Positions 34,710-36,660 of a DNA stretch of 36,660 nt are shown here, in pieces. Position numbers and translations under genes: made by a program. The DNA is from a virus, in the UHGV virus genome UHGV-0183637. One strand, written 5' to 3'. The notes below the pieces were generated by a model. That model did no database searches and was not told where the DNA came from. It saw only the letters and a list, made by a program, of their open reading frames with translations. Position 1 is the stretch's first letter. The number at the start of each line of letters is the position of its first letter.

Positions 34710-35590
34710 TGCAGAATTTAATGACTCCGGTTAATACACCGGACAAGTTATTTCATGATGGTGACCCGACTCAGGGGATAGAGGGAACCATTGTTACCGC
34801 TGAATATATGAATAATCATCAGGAAGCAACGCGCGATTTGCAGCAGGAGGTGATTAACGTCCTTAAAGAGGCTGGCGTAACCCCGGATCCGAAAAAACAA
34901 AACCAGCTGGTTGAGGCGCTGACCTCGTTTATTGGCCAGAAAGTCCCGGATGCATCGCTGACGCAAAAAGGCGTAGTGCAGCTTAACAGTGCTGTTAACA
35001 GTGAATCAGAAACAGAAGCAGCCACGCCCAAAGCGGTAAAAATTGCGATGGATAACGCAAATGCCAGACTGGCAAAAGACCGTAACGGCGCAGATATCCC
35101 GAATAAACAATTGTTTCTGGATAACATCAGCGGTGTGCCGAAAGCGCGTAAGGTCAACGGCATGGCCCTGACTTCGGATATCACCATCAACAGCATCAGC
35201 GGCAACGCCGGAACGGCAACCCGCCTTCAGACGGCCCGCAGGATTAATAATGTGCTCTTTGACGGCTCCGGCGATATCACGATTTCTGCGGGAATGTCAC
35301 AAACTGAAGGTGACAACCGTTACCAGCAAAAAAACACGGCGTCAAAAGCCGGTAATGGCTGGTTTAAGGACACGTCCACCGGGGTGATTATTCAGTGGGG
35401 GTATCTCGGCAATGCCGGTGCCGGGCTGACGTTTCCGATATCATTTCCGTCAGCATGTACCAGCATCACTATTACCAACGCATATACCCGTGCTGATTAC
35501 TCTATTTCCCTGAAATCATTATCAGCAGCAGGTGCGACATTCAACAGCGAGAATAACGGCGTTATGTACTGGACAGCGATAGGGTATTAA
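34709..35590 (+). CDS. Tail fibre protein
   Basis: 293 aa; contains ...SETEAATPKAVKIAMD..., the ATPKAVK-type motif common in enterobacterial phage tail fibres. Confidence 0.8.
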   Translation: MQNLMTPVNTPDKLFHDGDPTQGIEGTIVTAEYMNNHQEATRDLQQEVINVLKEAGVTPDPKKQNQLVEALTSFIGQKVPDASLTQKGVVQLNSAVNSESETEAATPKAVKIAMDNANARLAKDRNGADIPNKQLFLDNISGVPKARKVNGMALTSDITINSISGNAGTATRLQTARRINNVLFDGSGDITISAGMSQTEGDNRYQQKNTASKAGNGWFKDTSTGVIIQWGYLGNAGAGLTFPISFPSACTSITITNAYTRADYSISLKSLSAAGATFNSENNGVMYWTAIGY

Positions 35591-36024
35591 TGATGACTAT
35601 TTATTTCAGCCCATCAACAAACGGTTTTTATCATTCTGACCTTCAGAATGATTATGAAAATGCGGGAACGTGGCCTGGTGATTTACAGAAAATCACGGAT
35701 GAAGAATATCAGAGACTGTTACAGGGTCAGACTGACGGTTTTATTATTGTATCCGGCGAAAACGGATATCCGGTATTAAAAGAACCCGTAATTAACTGGC
35801 AGCAGAAAGCGGAAACGCAACGCCAGCACCTGCTGGCTGAAGCAAGGGAAATCACCTCCGACTGGAAAATCGAGCTGGAGCTGGGCACCATCAGCGATGC
35901 AGACAAGGGACGCCTGACACAGTGGATGATGTATATCAGGGAGGTAAAGGCGCTGGATTTAAGTCAGGTCAGTGATAAATCTTCCTTTGATTTAATTCAG
36001 TGGCCGGAAAAACCTGACGTGTAA
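35590..36024 (+). CDS. Tail fibre assembly protein
   Basis: 144 aa; start overlaps the fibre stop; N-terminus MMTIYFSPSTNGFY typical of fibre assembly chaperones. Confidence 0.8.
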   Translation: MMTIYFSPSTNGFYHSDLQNDYENAGTWPGDLQKITDEEYQRLLQGQTDGFIIVSGENGYPVLKEPVINWQQKAETQRQHLLAEAREITSDWKIELELGTISDADKGRLTQWMMYIREVKALDLSQVSDKSSFDLIQWPEKPDV

Positions 36025-36032
36025 AACAATAA

Positions 36033-36058
36033 CGGTCGCTTTCTGGCGACCGTTTTCA
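36033..36058 (+). terminator. Rho-independent terminator
   Basis: CGGTCGC-tttctg-GCGACCG followed by TTTTCAGTT. Confidence 0.6.
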
Positions 36059-36071
36059 GTTCAGAGGTTTT

Positions 36072-36660
36072 ATGTCTGTATTGATCTCAGGGGCGCTTAT
36101 TAATGGCGCTGGCGTTCCGATGGCGGAATGCAAAATTTATTTAGATGCACTGGTTAATACCAGTGAAGTGGTTATTGAATCATTTGCGGTTATTGAAACC
36201 GATGCGGCGGGACAGTATGCCTTTGAGGCGCAAAAAGGCAAATACACCGTACACATCAAGCAAAAGAACGGCCCCAAGTGCTGTGTGGGTGACATTTCGA
36301 TTTACGACGATTCAAAGCCCGGCACACTGAATGATTTTCTGACCGCCCCCGATGAAGGCGACCTCAAACCCGACGTGGTGAAACGCTTCGAGGAAATGGT
36401 GGCGCAGGCGCAGCAGAGCGCGGAAGCGGCAGCGGAAAGCGAGCGGCTGGCAGAACAGCACGTTACTGATGCGCAGAAGATTAAGGATGACTGTCAGACG
36501 CTGGCGAATAACGTACAGCAGAATGCAGAGGCCGTTGCCGAAGACAAAAAGCAGGTGGCGTTACTGGCATCATCAGCTTCGCAGGATGCGGCCCGCGCAG
36601 AGCAGGCCGTTAAGGACGCAGACAAAATCGTCGATAAGGCTGTTGATAAACTCGGTGAAG
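36072..36660 (+). CDS. Side tail fibre protein, N-terminal part (lambda Stf-like; continues beyond window end)
   Basis: ATG 36072, open to the window end; MSVLISGALINGAGVPMAECKIYLDALVNTSEVV...IYDDSKPGTLNDFL parallels the lambda Stf N-terminus, followed by an Ala/Gln/Glu-rich repetitive region. Absent from the ORF track because no stop lies in the window. Confidence 0.8.
   Translation, partial: MSVLISGALINGAGVPMAECKIYLDALVNTSEVVIESFAVIETDAAGQYAFEAQKGKYTVHIKQKNGPKCCVGDISIYDDSKPGTLNDFLTAPDEGDLKPDVVKRFEEMVAQAQQSAEAAAESERLAEQHVTDAQKIKDDCQTLANNVQQNAEAVAEDKKQVALLASSASQDAARAEQAVKDADKIVDKAVDKLGE

Larger units (their letters stand above)
1117..36660. mobile_element. Mu-like transposable prophage, left end through tail-fibre region (right end beyond window)
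   Basis: Gene order c, ner, A, B, early region, gemA, mor/C, lysis, terminase, portal, F, G, I, T, sheath, tube, tape measure, baseplate, fibres. Element begins with 5'-TG at the point where transaldolase similarity stops. Confidence 0.85.

Noticed and set aside
36072-36090. TGTATTGAT at the start of the Stf-like gene resembling the Mu left-end terminal sequence
   Set aside because: It lies inside a coding sequence with clear Stf-like translation, no matching inverted end-repeat motifs are nearby, and there is no host-gene remainder; judged coincidental.
1-36660. CRISPR arrays, tRNA or rRNA genes, integrase or invertase genes
   Set aside because: No regularly spaced direct repeats, no tRNA-like cloverleaf candidates noticed, and no tyrosine or serine recombinase-like ORF in the window; this is consistent with a transposable rather than an integrative phage.

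Overview
The window is the junction between an enterobacterial chromosome and the left ~35.5 kb of a Mu-like transposable prophage. Host DNA (1-1116) carries the 5' end of a transketolase gene and a transaldolase gene (talA-tktB-like pair, minus strand); the transaldolase has lost its 5' part where the prophage end sits (~1117, 5'-TG). The prophage then runs in canonical Mu order: leftward repressor, operator region, ner, DDE transposase A, AAA+ transposition ATPase B, a ~6 kb early accessory region of small uncharacterised ORFs, GemA-like and Mor/C-family regulators, a lysis cassette, terminase, portal, head genes, sheath, tube, tape measure, baseplate, tail fibre with its assembly protein, and the start of a lambda Stf-like side tail fibre that runs off the window; the right end is not in the window. 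Nearly all phage genes are on the + strand. Features that depart from textbook Mu: an XRE-type repressor, three end-proximal direct repeats, three structurally conserved intergenic stem-loops and a convergent acidic-protein gene in the early region, a perfect 22-bp palindrome, a secreted-protein gene with its own terminator between gemA and the Mor/C gene, and a 13-bp dyad element repeated upstream of three late gene blocks. All product calls rest on reading the translations and on recalled family motifs; no database search was run.
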